NCBI GenBank assembly: GCA_964453405.1
Contig: CAYVOF010000003.1
Location: 4,286-68,285, forward strand
Source: an uncultured Candidatus Saccharibacteria bacterium
GTDB lineage: Bacteria > Patescibacteriota > Doudnabacteria > UBA920
Length of the DNA: 64,000 bases
Reading direction: 5' to 3'
In this document: positions 47,067 to 58,184 of the stretch, one piece after another
Layout of the letters: each line of letters opens with the position of its first letter
Numbering within the stretch: position 1 is the first letter of the stretch
Position numbers and translations under genes: made by a program
The notes under the pieces: model-generated
The model's input: only the letters and a program-made list of their open reading frames with translations
The model's database searches: none
Told to the model about the DNA's origin: nothing

Positions 47067-48176
47067 ATGACTAAAGGAAAATCAAAAATTAATTATTCCA
47101 TACTTGTTCCTACGATAGCTTTGCTATTGATTGGTTTAAGCACGCTTTGGTCCGCCTCTACAGCAGAGTCACAACAAAATTACGGGAACTCTAGTTATTA
47201 TTTGATTCACCAGCTAACTAGGGGAGTATTATTAGGGTTAATTGGCATGTACTTTTTTAGTAAGTTTGACTATCAAAAACTAAAAAAGCCAGCAGGAATT
47301 TTTATTGCTGCTGTGTTAGTTCTTTTGGTGTTAGTAAAGATGCCTGGTCTTGGCGTGACAGCCAATGGTGCCACGCGATGGATTAGCTTTGGACCTATTT
47401 TTTTTCAACCAGCAGAATTAGCCAAGTTAGCTTTGGTAATATACTTAGCTGCTTGGACAGCAAAGCCTAACAAAGGCAGCTCTAACAATTTTTGGGAATC
47501 TATTTTTCCGCCATTATTAATTTTAGGAGTTATGTCCTTGTTGGTAATCTGGCAACCTGATTTGGGTTCGACTATTTCTTTAGTCTCAATTGCAATGGCT
47601 ATGTTTTTTGCTGGGGGCGCCAAGCTTAAATATTTAGCATGGGTGACGGCTTCTGGAATTGTAGGAATTTTAGGATTAGCATGGCTGGAACCTTATCGAT
47701 TACAGCGCTTAACTGTTTTTCTTAATCCAGGTGGTGACACATTAGGAATTGGCTATCAGATTAACCAGGCCTTGATTGCCGTGGGCAGTGGAGGATTATT
47801 TGGCTATGGGTATGGTTTTTCGAGACAAAAACATTTTTACCTCCCCGAAACCATCAATGACTCAATTTTTGCTATAATCGCAGAAGAGCTTGGATTCATT
47901 CGAGTTACTCTAATCCTGCTTATCTTTGCCTTTCTACTCTATAAATGCTTGCAAGTGGCTCTAAAAAGCAATGATAATTTTGGAAGAATGCTTGCCTTTG
48001 GAATTACTGCTATGATTGGGATTAACGTGATTATTAACGTGGGTGCCATTATTGGCCTAATTCCGTTAACAGGTATTCCTTTGCCATTCTTTAGTTACGG
48101 AAGTACTGCAATGGTTATTGCGCTATCTGTGATTGGAATACTGTTGAACATTTCAAAACAAAATCGCGCGACTTAA
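47067..48176 (+). CDS. ftsW: SEDS-family peptidoglycan glycosyltransferase FtsW
   Basis: 10-TM SEDS pattern (RWISFGPIFFQPAELAKLALVIYLA) in the dcw position. Confidence 0.8.
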   Translation: MTKGKSKINYSILVPTIALLLIGLSTLWSASTAESQQNYGNSSYYLIHQLTRGVLLGLIGMYFFSKFDYQKLKKPAGIFIAAVLVLLVLVKMPGLGVTANGATRWISFGPIFFQPAELAKLALVIYLAAWTAKPNKGSSNNFWESIFPPLLILGVMSLLVIWQPDLGSTISLVSIAMAMFFAGGAKLKYLAWVTASGIVGILGLAWLEPYRLQRLTVFLNPGGDTLGIGYQINQALIAVGSGGLFGYGYGFSRQKHFYLPETINDSIFAIIAEELGFIRVTLILLIFAFLLYKCLQVALKSNDNFGRMLAFGITAMIGINVIINVGAIIGLIPLTGIPLPFFSYGSTAMVIALSVIGILLNISKQNRAT

Positions 48177-48196
48177 TTAGCAGCGCAAAAATATAA

Positions 48197-50365
48197 ATGA
48201 AAAAAACTGTAAAAATTATTCTTCACCATAGAGTAAACCAACAGGTGCACACGAACCGAGTTTTTTCATTTTGGAAAAGTTTAAATCAGTTATTTGCAAC
48301 TCTACTTAATGTTGTAGTCGGTGCAAGTTATTATGTAGGGGTATTTATTTTATCTATTCCCAAGTGGCCAAAATTAATAATAAGACTTTTTACTTACGCG
48401 AAACCGATTACTTTTAGCAGACCTAGCTTCAAAAAAGCTCTTGGCTTTGCTTTGCTTGTTATATTTGCTATGACACCAATCTTGCTACTACGTGTAGCGT
48501 CTGAAGGACAAAAAATTGGTGGCCGTGTATTAGGAATTAGTGATTCAGTAATTAACGATGTTAACTCAGCTCAAGACGCCCTTAAACGACAAGATTTTAG
48601 TACAGCGCAAAATAATTTTGCTAGCGTTTTAAATAATCTCAACTCAGTTCAAAGCCAACTTGATCAATCGAGTATATTTTTAAAATCTATAACAAAGTTT
48701 GCACCAGCTAGCTACAACACTTCCAATGCCTTAGAAGCTGCGCAACTTTTAACTGAATCTGCTCAGATCGGTAGCGGTATTCTTGTTCAAGTTGATCAGT
48801 TTCGTTTCTCTCCAGGGGGGTTAGCAATGGCAGATGGTAAGGATCCCAAGCAGGCGTTAATCAACATCAACAACGATGTAAAAAATATTGATGCCAAACT
48901 AACTCGAGCAAATCAATTACTAGCACCATTAGACAGTAGCTCTTTGCCGGCCAACTACCAAGCACCACTTAAAGACAGTCAAAGTGTAGTAGCGGAACTA
49001 AGCAATCAAATGCACTCCCTGCAAGCTGCTTCTGATTTACTGACTAATTTGCTGTTAGGTAACAAAAGATTTTTGGTTCTATTGCAAAATAATAATGAAC
49101 TCAGAGCAACGGGTGGCTTTATCGGTACTATTGCTCAAGGTCAATTGTCTGACAGCGCCATTAAAAATCTAGATATTCGTAGTGTGTATGATTTAGATGG
49201 ACAAATGATGAACTGGATAACACCCCCCTATCCCATGAGAGCCGTTAATAACCGCTGGTTTTTGCGCGACGCCAATTGGCTAGCTAGTTTTCCGGATAGC
49301 GCTCAAAGGCTCAGCGTGATGTACGAAATAGAGGGAGGCGAAACTCCAGATTTAGTGCTAGCAATCACTCCAGATTTTTTTATTGACCTGCTCAATAAAA
49401 CTGGACCAATAACTTTACCACGTTACAATGTGACGGTTTCGAGTACAAATTTTATTGAACAGATCCAAACTACTACTTCGGTGGCTTATGATAAAAACCT
49501 CAACCAGCCAAAACAACTTTTAGCAGACTTATACCCGATATTGCTCCAAAAAATTGGCCAAGATAAAGCTGGAATTTTAGGCCTACTAGAATTGGTTCAA
49601 AAAAATCTAACCGCTAGAAACTTGCTGATTTACTCCAGAGATCCGGCATTGCAACAAAAGTTAACAGACTTTAGATGGACTGGGGAGCTTTCTTCTACTG
49701 ATAAAGATTATTTGCAGATCAACAGTTCTAATTTGGGTGGAACAAAAACCGATCGAGCATTAGAAAGATCGGCAAAAATTCAAACTACTTTGCAATCTGA
49801 CGGCACAATAATCGATCAAGTAAGTTACACAGTTACCAATCCATTACCTAACAGTTCAGGATTACTTAATCGCAGTTTTTTGAGATTCTATGTTCCGCAG
49901 GGTAGTAAAGTTTTGGCGGCCGATGGTTTTTCAGAATTAGCCATGCCTGAACTAATAAAAAACCAAAAATATACCAGTGATACAATGATTGATAATTGGA
50001 ACCGTAACTTACAGTATGACCAAAGCCATAAAATTTATACTGGTCAAGAAAGCGACAAGACAGTAATTGGCAGTTGGCTAGAAGTAGCAGGTGGTCAAAC
50101 TAAAACTGTCACCATTACTTATATGCCGAATTTTAAAATTCAAAGCTTAGACAACTACAGCTTGTTATGGCAAAAACAAAGCGGAATGATGCCGTTTTCG
50201 GTCAGCCAGCAAATAACTCACGAAGAGAAGAGTATTCTATGGGATAATTTAGGTAGTCAGAGTCGGGAAGTTGATAAAAGTAATGATCAAGTAGTAGGGT
50301 GGAAATTAAAAAACTTTAACCAAGATCAATTTATAGGTTTAGTTTTGAGTAATAGGACGAAATAA
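48197..50365 (+). CDS. DUF4012-like membrane-anchored extracytoplasmic protein
   Basis: N-terminal TM, then LLQNNNELRATGGFIGT, which I recall as DUF4012-type. The family assignment is tentative. Confidence 0.45.
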   Translation: MKKTVKIILHHRVNQQVHTNRVFSFWKSLNQLFATLLNVVVGASYYVGVFILSIPKWPKLIIRLFTYAKPITFSRPSFKKALGFALLVIFAMTPILLLRVASEGQKIGGRVLGISDSVINDVNSAQDALKRQDFSTAQNNFASVLNNLNSVQSQLDQSSIFLKSITKFAPASYNTSNALEAAQLLTESAQIGSGILVQVDQFRFSPGGLAMADGKDPKQALININNDVKNIDAKLTRANQLLAPLDSSSLPANYQAPLKDSQSVVAELSNQMHSLQAASDLLTNLLLGNKRFLVLLQNNNELRATGGFIGTIAQGQLSDSAIKNLDIRSVYDLDGQMMNWITPPYPMRAVNNRWFLRDANWLASFPDSAQRLSVMYEIEGGETPDLVLAITPDFFIDLLNKTGPITLPRYNVTVSSTNFIEQIQTTTSVAYDKNLNQPKQLLADLYPILLQKIGQDKAGILGLLELVQKNLTARNLLIYSRDPALQQKLTDFRWTGELSSTDKDYLQINSSNLGGTKTDRALERSAKIQTTLQSDGTIIDQVSYTVTNPLPNSSGLLNRSFLRFYVPQGSKVLAADGFSELAMPELIKNQKYTSDTMIDNWNRNLQYDQSHKIYTGQESDKTVIGSWLEVAGGQTKTVTITYMPNFKIQSLDNYSLLWQKQSGMMPFSVSQQITHEEKSILWDNLGSQSREVDKSNDQVVGWKLKNFNQDQFIGLVLSNRTK

Positions 50366-50367
50366 CT

Positions 50368-51993
50368 ATGACAAAAGCTTTCAAATTTTTTAACCGTTTT
50401 GAACAAGATTTTCATCTTGGCCGTGCTACTGTAATCATCGCTATCCTAGCTTTGCTTTCTCGACTAACTGGTTTTCTGCGAGACATGCTATTAGCCTCAA
50501 ATCTAGGACTAAGCACTCAAACTGATATTTATTTTACAGCCTTTAGAGTTCCGGACTTTATTTATAACTTGCTAATTTTAGGTACTCTAAGCGCTGCTTT
50601 TGTTCCAATATTCACTAAGTACTACCTTAAAGATAAAGAAGATGCTTGGCGAATGGCTAACTCTGTGTTTAATATGGCCCTAGCTGGTATGACCTTAATC
50701 AGCCTCGTAGTATTTATATTTGCTTATCCATTAACCCAACTAGTTGCTCCTGGATTTAACCCCGAAGAAATTGCACAAACTGCTGCATTGACTCGCATCT
50801 TTTTACTTTCGCCAATTATTTTTACAGCTTCGAGCGTGCTATCTAGTACCTTACTGAGTTTTAAAAAATTTATATGGGTTAATACTGCGCCGCTTTTATA
50901 CAACTTAGGAATTTTAATCGGAATAATATTCTTACTACCTCGCTATGGTCTTAAAGGCTTGGCAATCGGAGTAATCTTTGGGGCTCTTCTTCATGTAGGA
51001 ATTCAAATACCGCAGCTCATCCAGTTAGGTTGGAAGTGGCGACCAATATGGGACTGGCGCCACAAAGGCTTACAACAAATTGTGAAGTTATTTGTCCCGA
51101 GATTAATGGGTTTAGATATTTCTTACATCAATTTAATTATTGTTACAATTATTGGATCCACTTTGGCGCGGGGTACAATTGCTGCCTATAACTTTGCTAA
51201 CAATATACAAGCAGTGCCATTTGGAATCTTTGCGATCTCTACTGCTCTAGCTGTATTTCCAGTTATGTCAGAACAGTATGCGAAAAAGGAATTAAAATCT
51301 TTTATAAATACTTTTAATCATGCCTTTGTAAGAATTGTTTATTTAATTTTACCAATGAGCGTATTATTACTATTGCTCAGAGCTTACATTGTTCGTTTAC
51401 TACTCGGATATGGAAAATGTGATTGGGTTTGCACAATTACTACTTTAGATACATTAGGTATATTAGCGTTTAGTTTAATTGCGCAAAGTTTAATCCCTCT
51501 ACTCTCGCGTGCTTTTTACGCCCGTCAAAACACCAAGACACCTGTAATAATTGGTCTCTTCGCTATGGCAATTAACGCGGGTCTATCATACTCACTCTCA
51601 TTTAGTATGGGAATTATCGGCGTTGCAATAGGTTTTGTTATTGCCTCAATTTTTCAGGTGATGATGTTAATAATTTACTTACACAAAAGTATCCAGGCCG
51701 ACCTCAAAAACCTGCAACTTATTAGGGACAGTGATTATTTTGTGGTATTTAATACGGGTAAAATTTTACTGAGCTGTGTGATTACTGGATTCTTTGCTTA
51801 CGGCTTACTCTACTTCTTTAGCTTTGTGTTTAATACTCAAACTGTAATAGGAATCTTTTTACAAACTGGCTTTTCGGTGCTGATAGCGGGTATAGCTTAT
51901 ATAACCCTAACTGCGGCCTTGGGCTTGCCAGATGCGATTAAAATTAAGTCAGCTTTAGCGCGCATGGTGTCGTTCTTGAATGTATCTGCCTAA
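50368..51993 (+). CDS. murJ: lipid II flippase MurJ
   Basis: 14-TM MVF/MviN pattern (AFRVPDFIYNLLILGTLSAAFVPIF). Confidence 0.85.
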   Translation: MTKAFKFFNRFEQDFHLGRATVIIAILALLSRLTGFLRDMLLASNLGLSTQTDIYFTAFRVPDFIYNLLILGTLSAAFVPIFTKYYLKDKEDAWRMANSVFNMALAGMTLISLVVFIFAYPLTQLVAPGFNPEEIAQTAALTRIFLLSPIIFTASSVLSSTLLSFKKFIWVNTAPLLYNLGILIGIIFLLPRYGLKGLAIGVIFGALLHVGIQIPQLIQLGWKWRPIWDWRHKGLQQIVKLFVPRLMGLDISYINLIIVTIIGSTLARGTIAAYNFANNIQAVPFGIFAISTALAVFPVMSEQYAKKELKSFINTFNHAFVRIVYLILPMSVLLLLLRAYIVRLLLGYGKCDWVCTITTLDTLGILAFSLIAQSLIPLLSRAFYARQNTKTPVIIGLFAMAINAGLSYSLSFSMGIIGVAIGFVIASIFQVMMLIIYLHKSIQADLKNLQLIRDSDYFVVFNTGKILLSCVITGFFAYGLLYFFSFVFNTQTVIGIFLQTGFSVLIAGIAYITLTAALGLPDAIKIKSALARMVSFLNVSA

Positions 51994-52011
51994 AAATGCT
52001 AGTATTCTTAT

Positions 52012-53808
52012 ATGCATATCGATTTAGACCAGATTCGCAACTTCTGTATTATTGCTCATATTGACCATGGTAAATCCACTTTGGCAGACCGTTTGCTCGA
52101 GATTACACATACAGTTTCGAGCCGGGAAATGAAGTCCCAGGTTTTAGATCAGATGGATCTCGAACGGGAACGCGGTATCACAATCAAACTGCAACCGGTT
52201 CAAATGGATTATAAGTTAGAAGGCAAAGATTACACTCTAAATCTTATTGATACTCCTGGTCACGTTGACTTTAGCTACGAAGTATCCCGAAGCTTAGCCG
52301 CCTGTGAAGGCGCTATTTTAGTTGTGGATTCTACCCAAGGAATCGAAGCACAGACTTTGGCAAATGCATACTTAGCAATTGAAAATAATTTAACAATTAT
52401 TCCGGTAATCAATAAAATTGATTTACCAAACAGCGACCGCGCTAAAGTTGCCGAAGAAATGAAGTCTGTATTTGGTTTTAAGGAAGAAGAATTTATTTAT
52501 GCTTCTGGTAAATCTGGTGAAGGCGTAGAAGATATCTTAAAAGCAATTATTGCACGAGTACCAGCTCCAACTGGAAAAGCAGAAGAACCATTACAAGCTT
52601 TAATTTTTGATTCTAGTTATGATGCACATCGCGGTGTAATTGCTTATGTGCGCGTAATGAACGGTGCTCTTGAATCTAGACAGAAAATTTTAATGATGGG
52701 CAGTAATACCGAGTCGGAAAGTATTGAAGTCGGTGTATTTAAACCACGCATGTTAAAAGGAGAAGCAATCCCTACTGGAAGCGTGGGTTACATCGTTACG
52801 GGTTTACGCGAAGTCAGTAAAGCCAGCGTAGGGGATACAATAACTTTAATAAAAAATAAAGCAGTAGAGCCACTTGGTGGATACAAACAAGTACGACCTA
52901 TGGTGTACGCAAGTATTTTTCCTGTGTCTGGTGACGACTATCCATTACTTCGCGAAGCTATGGAAAAACTAAAACTGAATGACGCAGCCTTGACCTTTGA
53001 ACCAGAGAATATTCCAAGCATTGGTTTTGGTTTTAGAACTGGATTTTTAGGTTTGCTGCACATGGATATCGTCCAGGAGCGTTTGACCCGCGAATACGAT
53101 TTAGATCTAGTCTTAACCGCACCAAGTGTAGTTTACGAAATCTTAATGAGCACTGGGGAAACCATTACTATTTATAATCCAGCAGGGTTTCCTGATCCAT
53201 CACTTATCACAAGTATTAAAGAACCATGGGCAACGGTGGCGGTTTTGTCGCCAGCACAATATATTGGTCCAATAATGGAAATTGTTAACCAGCGCCGAGG
53301 TATTAGTATGGGCATGGAGTATGTTGGTACAGACCGAGTAGAACTAAAATTTGAAATGCCTTTGGCTACGATTATAATGGACTTTTATGATAAACTAAAA
53401 AGTGTTTCTAGTGGCTATGCTTCACTTAATTACGAAGTAAAAGAGATGCGGATCGGCACTTTGGTTAAGCTAGACATTTTAGTAGCGGGTGAAAAAGTTG
53501 ATGCCCTTTCTGCAATTGTTCACCGTAGCACTGCAGAAAGTGACGGCCGCGAACTAGTATCCAAATTAAAAAAACTAATTCCAAGACAACAATTCGAAAT
53601 TGCAATTCAGGCGGCTATTGGAGGTAAGGTTGTTGCTCGCGAAAGTATCTCAGCATTACGCAAAGATGTAACAGGTTATTTATACGGCGGAGATGTTACT
53701 CGTAAAATGAAATTACTGAAGAAACAAAAAATAGGTAAGAAGCGGATGAAAAAAGTCGGTAAAGTTGATATCCCACAAGAAGCATTCTTAGCCGTTTTAA
53801 AAAAATAG
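52012..53808 (+). CDS. lepA: elongation factor 4
   Basis: IRNFCIIAHIDHGKSTLADRLL G-domain and the LepA C-terminus. Confidence 0.95.
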   Translation: MHIDLDQIRNFCIIAHIDHGKSTLADRLLEITHTVSSREMKSQVLDQMDLERERGITIKLQPVQMDYKLEGKDYTLNLIDTPGHVDFSYEVSRSLAACEGAILVVDSTQGIEAQTLANAYLAIENNLTIIPVINKIDLPNSDRAKVAEEMKSVFGFKEEEFIYASGKSGEGVEDILKAIIARVPAPTGKAEEPLQALIFDSSYDAHRGVIAYVRVMNGALESRQKILMMGSNTESESIEVGVFKPRMLKGEAIPTGSVGYIVTGLREVSKASVGDTITLIKNKAVEPLGGYKQVRPMVYASIFPVSGDDYPLLREAMEKLKLNDAALTFEPENIPSIGFGFRTGFLGLLHMDIVQERLTREYDLDLVLTAPSVVYEILMSTGETITIYNPAGFPDPSLITSIKEPWATVAVLSPAQYIGPIMEIVNQRRGISMGMEYVGTDRVELKFEMPLATIIMDFYDKLKSVSSGYASLNYEVKEMRIGTLVKLDILVAGEKVDALSAIVHRSTAESDGRELVSKLKKLIPRQQFEIAIQAAIGGKVVARESISALRKDVTGYLYGGDVTRKMKLLKKQKIGKKRMKKVGKVDIPQEAFLAVLKK

Positions 53809-53983
53809 AAAAAAATAAAGTTATCAACAGGCCATATTATCAAATTAAAAAATATTGTCAAGAAATTTTTAAAATAAACATTTATAAAAAATATGCGCAA
53901 CCGAAAAGCCCTCAATAGAATAATGATTATCATATCTATACTGATTATCGCCTCGATGATTAGCACCTTTTTACTTTACACTA

Positions 53984-54547
53984 ATGCATAAATTTGCCCA
54001 GCTCGAAGATGAACACTTAAAAAACGTTTACCGTCAAAGTAAATTATTTTTGTTTAAGGGATTTGTCATTCCTTTTGCGAGTTTGTTCGTTCCAACTTAT
54101 TTCTTGTGGAAGTACGAACTGCTAAGTCAATTTAGAACTATAGTTTTATTGGCAGCAATAGTGATCGGTGTATGGTTCTTACGTAATTCTATAATATGGT
54201 TTCGTAATTGTTACGTACTAACCAACCAGAGATTGATTGTTTTTTCTCACGATGGTTTATTTAAACGCACAGTCATAGAAACACCACTAGAAAGAGTTCT
54301 TAACGTAAGTTATAAAACTACTGGTGTAATGTCTGCAATATTTGGATACGGTGATGTCGAAGTCCAGGTAGTGGGTTTGGTAGAACCAATCATCCTTAAA
54401 CATATTTCCAACCCCGCAGGAATCAAAGACTACTTATGGGAAATGCACAAGCGTGTTGTAACTAAACCTATTGCTTTTGATGCAGAAAATCTTGCTCATG
54501 TTCAGGAACAGATTGGTTATACTAAAAAGAATCAGAAGGTTTTATGA
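53984..54547 (+). CDS. membrane protein with bacterial PH (YdbS/YdbT-like) domain
   Basis: Two TM helices, then YVLTNQRLIVFSHDGLFKRTVIETPLERVLNVSY, bPH_2-like. Confidence 0.5.
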   Translation: MHKFAQLEDEHLKNVYRQSKLFLFKGFVIPFASLFVPTYFLWKYELLSQFRTIVLLAAIVIGVWFLRNSIIWFRNCYVLTNQRLIVFSHDGLFKRTVIETPLERVLNVSYKTTGVMSAIFGYGDVEVQVVGLVEPIILKHISNPAGIKDYLWEMHKRVVTKPIAFDAENLAHVQEQIGYTKKNQKVL

Positions 54548-54909
54548 AGCTACCGCCAATATTTTACAACAGAATTTTTTTGATTGGCTTAATAATTGCA
54601 TTTTTAATTTTTGTAGGTTTAGAATATAATCAATACAGACAGCGTAGCAAAATCGATGCCGAAATTGCCGACCTCAAAAAACAGGAAAACGACTTACAAG
54701 GTTCAAACCAGCAACTCGAGCAATCTATTAACTTTTTATCTTCACCAGAATATCAGGATAAATTAGCACGTCTTCAGTTGAACCTAAAAAAGGAAGGTGA
54801 AATAGTAGTCAATTTTTCAGAAAAACCTGAACAACAAGATTCGCAAAATAACAATCATTCTGCCAAATCAAATTTAATTAAGTGGTGGGAATATATATTC
54901 ATTAACTAA
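54544..54909 (+). CDS. septum formation initiator (FtsB/DivIC-like)
   Basis: Single TM plus a leucine-zipper-like coiled coil (IDAEIADLKKQENDLQGSNQQLEQSINFL). Confidence 0.6.
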   Translation: MKLPPIFYNRIFLIGLIIAFLIFVGLEYNQYRQRSKIDAEIADLKKQENDLQGSNQQLEQSINFLSSPEYQDKLARLQLNLKKEGEIVVNFSEKPEQQDSQNNNHSAKSNLIKWWEYIFIN

Positions 54910-54916
54910 GTAATTT

Positions 54917-55870
54917 ATGACCAAACATATGTCGGAAAAAATTGTAGACGAAGAAGTTGAGGTTAGCGAAAGCCGACCAAAAAAAAGAAAACTAGCTAAA
55001 AAACATAAACTACGAATTTTAATCGCTGTTATTGTTATCATTTTAGTCTTAGCAGGTGGATCAGCTTGGCTGTATACTGGGACACTAACTAGCGGTAAGG
55101 AAAAAGTTTTTCGAAATTTGCCTTTGCCAGTAGCAATGGTTCAGTCAACTAACATTACCAGCAAGCAACTTTTTGCAAGAGTAGACTTAGCAAAAAAAGT
55201 GCTAGAAGCTACGGGCCAACCAACAACCGATATTACCGGTCAACTTTTAGATCAATTAATTGAAACTAAAAAAATTAATGTTGTCGCTGATAATCACAAA
55301 GTTAAAGTTAGTGGCGATGACCTAGATAACAGCTACAAAGCAATTCTCAAAAAATTTCCAGACAATGACGAGCAAGAATTTGTAAAGACTCTACAAGAAA
55401 ACTACGGTATGGATATAAATACCTTTAAAAATGAAGTTGTTAGACAACAAGTCTTGCAAGATAATTTAAAGCTGTGGTTTGCTCAACAGGAATCTTTGAA
55501 CAACGACCAGTATAATAAAGCACGTGATCTTATTAAACAATTAGATTCTGGTACCAGCTTTGAAGAGGTTGCTAAAAAGTACAGCCAAGATACAGCTAGC
55601 AAGGAATTTGCCGGAGATAATGGATTTGTTAAATACGGGGACATGTTGCCAGAATTTAAAGCAGCAATTAAAGATCTTTCAGTTGGCAATACTAAAATTG
55701 TCGCCAGCCGTTATGGAATTCATGTTATCAAAGTCAACGGTATCGAAGGGGATAGCGCCAATCAAGATGACCGTAACTACAACCTGATGCAAATCTTTAT
55801 CCAACCAGCAGACTTTAGCAATTGGCTTAAGTCGCAAACTGATTCGATTCGTGCCGTCAAGCTACTATAA
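54917..55870 (+). CDS. parvulin-type peptidyl-prolyl isomerase (PrsA/SurA-like)
   Basis: N-terminal TM. C-terminal PpiC domain (FEEVAKKYSQD...GDNGFVKYGDMLPEFKAAIKDLSVG...YGIHVIKV). Terminator at ~55878-55910. Confidence 0.75.
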   Translation: MTKHMSEKIVDEEVEVSESRPKKRKLAKKHKLRILIAVIVIILVLAGGSAWLYTGTLTSGKEKVFRNLPLPVAMVQSTNITSKQLFARVDLAKKVLEATGQPTTDITGQLLDQLIETKKINVVADNHKVKVSGDDLDNSYKAILKKFPDNDEQEFVKTLQENYGMDINTFKNEVVRQQVLQDNLKLWFAQQESLNNDQYNKARDLIKQLDSGTSFEEVAKKYSQDTASKEFAGDNGFVKYGDMLPEFKAAIKDLSVGNTKIVASRYGIHVIKVNGIEGDSANQDDRNYNLMQIFIQPADFSNWLKSQTDSIRAVKLL

Positions 55871-55928
55871 ATAAACTAAAACCCTGCGAGTTACGACTCC
55901 AGGGGTTTTTTGTTATACTTTAATTTAT

Positions 55929-56002
55929 GCGGGCGTAGTACAATGGTAGTATGCGACCTTCCCAAGGTTGAGACGTGGGTCCGATTCCCATCGTCCGCTC
56001 CA
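55929..56002 (+). tRNA. tRNA-Gly (anticodon CCC)
   Basis: Acceptor GCGGGCG/CGTCCGC, anticodon stem CGACC/GGTTG, loop T-T-CCC-A-A, CCA encoded. Confidence 0.8.
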
Positions 56003-56017
56003 ACTAATTTTTAACCC

Positions 56018-56093
56018 GCCGACTTAGCTCAGCTGGTAGAGCAGCGGTATCGTAAACCGCAGGTCATCGGTTCGATCCCGATAGTCGGCTCCA
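56018..56093 (+). tRNA. tRNA-Thr (anticodon CGU)
   Basis: Acceptor GCCGACT/AGTCGGC, anticodon loop A-T-CGT-A-A, T-loop TTCGATC, CCA. Confidence 0.85.
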
Positions 56094-56112
56094 GAAAAGT
56101 TTATTTAATTTC

Positions 56113-56685
56113 ATGTCCAAACTTCCGAAAGAATCCAAAATAGTTTTCCAAGGTGTAAGTTTTGTAGTGCATCAGTGGCGCCAAATAATGTTCGACAAAT
56201 CGGTGCGAACTTTTGAAGTTGCTCAAAATTTAGATACAGTTTCGATAATTGCGACAAAAGGAAACAAAATTGCTGTGCTTTACCAAAAACAGCCGGGCAC
56301 CAAGTGGTACTACACTTTACCTGGCGGTTATATGGACATCGAAGGTGAAACACCTAAACAGACTGCGCTTCGTGAACTTCTAGAAGAAACCGGACTTAAA
56401 CCCAAAACTATCAAACTATACAAAAAACATACTCGCCTGGGCCGTATCCGTCACACGCTACACATGTTTGTAGCAAATGAATGCGTATATACAGGTCAAC
56501 AGAAGCTTGATGGAGGCGAAATTATTCAGGTTAAATACTACTCATTTGAAAGATTCTTAAAACTGTCAGATAATCCGCATTTTCACAATAGCGAGCTCAT
56601 AATCGAGATGCTTCAGGCTCGACTCTCAAAGGCTGCAGCCAAAAAATTCAAAGCCAAAATATTCGGAAAAGCCTTGTCAAAATAG
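56113..56685 (+). CDS. NUDIX hydrolase
   Basis: Nudix box GGYMDIEGETPKQTALRELLEETGL. Confidence 0.75.
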   Translation: MSKLPKESKIVFQGVSFVVHQWRQIMFDKSVRTFEVAQNLDTVSIIATKGNKIAVLYQKQPGTKWYYTLPGGYMDIEGETPKQTALRELLEETGLKPKTIKLYKKHTRLGRIRHTLHMFVANECVYTGQQKLDGGEIIQVKYYSFERFLKLSDNPHFHNSELIIEMLQARLSKAAAKKFKAKIFGKALSK

Positions 56686-56692
56686 GGCTTTT

Positions 56693-56962
56693 TTGATAGT
56701 TTTAATAGGTATGAGCGACCAAATCCCACCCAATAACGAGAAATACACGCTGACCACAGCAAAAACCCTCGCTATTGCGCTAGAATTTGGTTTTATTATT
56801 GCTATTCCGCTATTAGCCTTCACAATAGCTGGTAAATGGCTCTCGACTAGATATCAAAACGAACTATTTTTATATGGAGGAATTGTGCTCGCTATCATGG
56901 CTAGTACAATATTTCTAGTTTTGAGAATCCGTAAAATCTACAAAGAATTAATTAATAAATAA
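56693..56962 (+). CDS. putative ATP synthase protein I (AtpI/AtpZ-like)
   Basis: Small 2-TM protein immediately upstream of atpB. Confidence 0.4.
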   Translation: MIVLIGMSDQIPPNNEKYTLTTAKTLAIALEFGFIIAIPLLAFTIAGKWLSTRYQNELFLYGGIVLAIMASTIFLVLRIRKIYKELINK

Positions 56963-56972
56963 TAGGCAAGCA

Positions 56973-57824
56973 ATGCTGGCACTTCCACCAATATCAGCTG
57001 AACCGATTTTTTACATCTCAAACTTCGGAGTCACAAATACTATCATCAACTCCACACTAACTATGATTGGGTTTGTGATTTTTGCATTCTTAATTAGGGC
57101 GGCTGTAAAAAAATATGGTAATGGCGCTCCAAAAGGCTTGCTAAACTTTTTTGAATCAATTTTAGAACAGCTCTTTGGCTACTTTGACACTGTTACCGGG
57201 GACCGCCAAAAAACAGTCCGTTTTCTCCCATTAATTGGTGCGCTATTTTTATTTATTTTAGTTTCAAACTGGATTGGTTTATTGCCAGGCATAGGCAGCG
57301 TTGGTCGTTATTTAATGCACGAAGGTCATGTTGAATTGATTCCTTTATTCCGTCCGGCAAATACAGATCTAAACATGACTTTAGCAATGTCTGTAATCGT
57401 TGTAATTACATCCCATGTTTTAGGTATTGCTATGATCGGATTCTTTAAATACGCTAACAAATTTATTAAGCTAGGTGATATCTGGCACGCGCTTAAAACC
57501 TTTAAGCCAATGGATATTGCAATTGCATTTATTGAATTCGGCGTCGGCATATTAGAAGTAATTTCTGAAGTAGCAAAGCTACTATCCCTCTCTTTGCGTT
57601 TGTTTGGAAACATTTTTGCCGGCGAAGTACTACTAACAGTTTTAGCAGGAATTTTGCCAGTATTTTTACCTTTACCTTTTATGGCTCTAGAAATTATTGT
57701 TGGGGTGGTTCAAGCAACTGTATTTGCCATGTTATCATTAGTTTACTTAACTATTGCGACTACAGAGGTTCACAGCCAGCATAGCGCAGAAGAAGGCGAT
57801 CTCGAACCAACGCCAACAGTATAA
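56973..57824 (+). CDS. atpB: F-type ATP synthase subunit a
   Basis: LSLSLRLFGNIFAGE with the essential Arg. Confidence 0.9.
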   Translation: MLALPPISAEPIFYISNFGVTNTIINSTLTMIGFVIFAFLIRAAVKKYGNGAPKGLLNFFESILEQLFGYFDTVTGDRQKTVRFLPLIGALFLFILVSNWIGLLPGIGSVGRYLMHEGHVELIPLFRPANTDLNMTLAMSVIVVITSHVLGIAMIGFFKYANKFIKLGDIWHALKTFKPMDIAIAFIEFGVGILEVISEVAKLLSLSLRLFGNIFAGEVLLTVLAGILPVFLPLPFMALEIIVGVVQATVFAMLSLVYLTIATTEVHSQHSAEEGDLEPTPTV

Positions 57825-57907
57825 AATAGGTGCTGCGCTGATTGGCTTAAAAACTTTAAGGTAATCAGGGCAACGTCTCAAAAACGCGTCCGTTCAAATT
57901 AATTTAA

Positions 57908-58165
<258 letters not shown>

Positions 58166-58184
58166 TTTTAAATTTATAATAGCA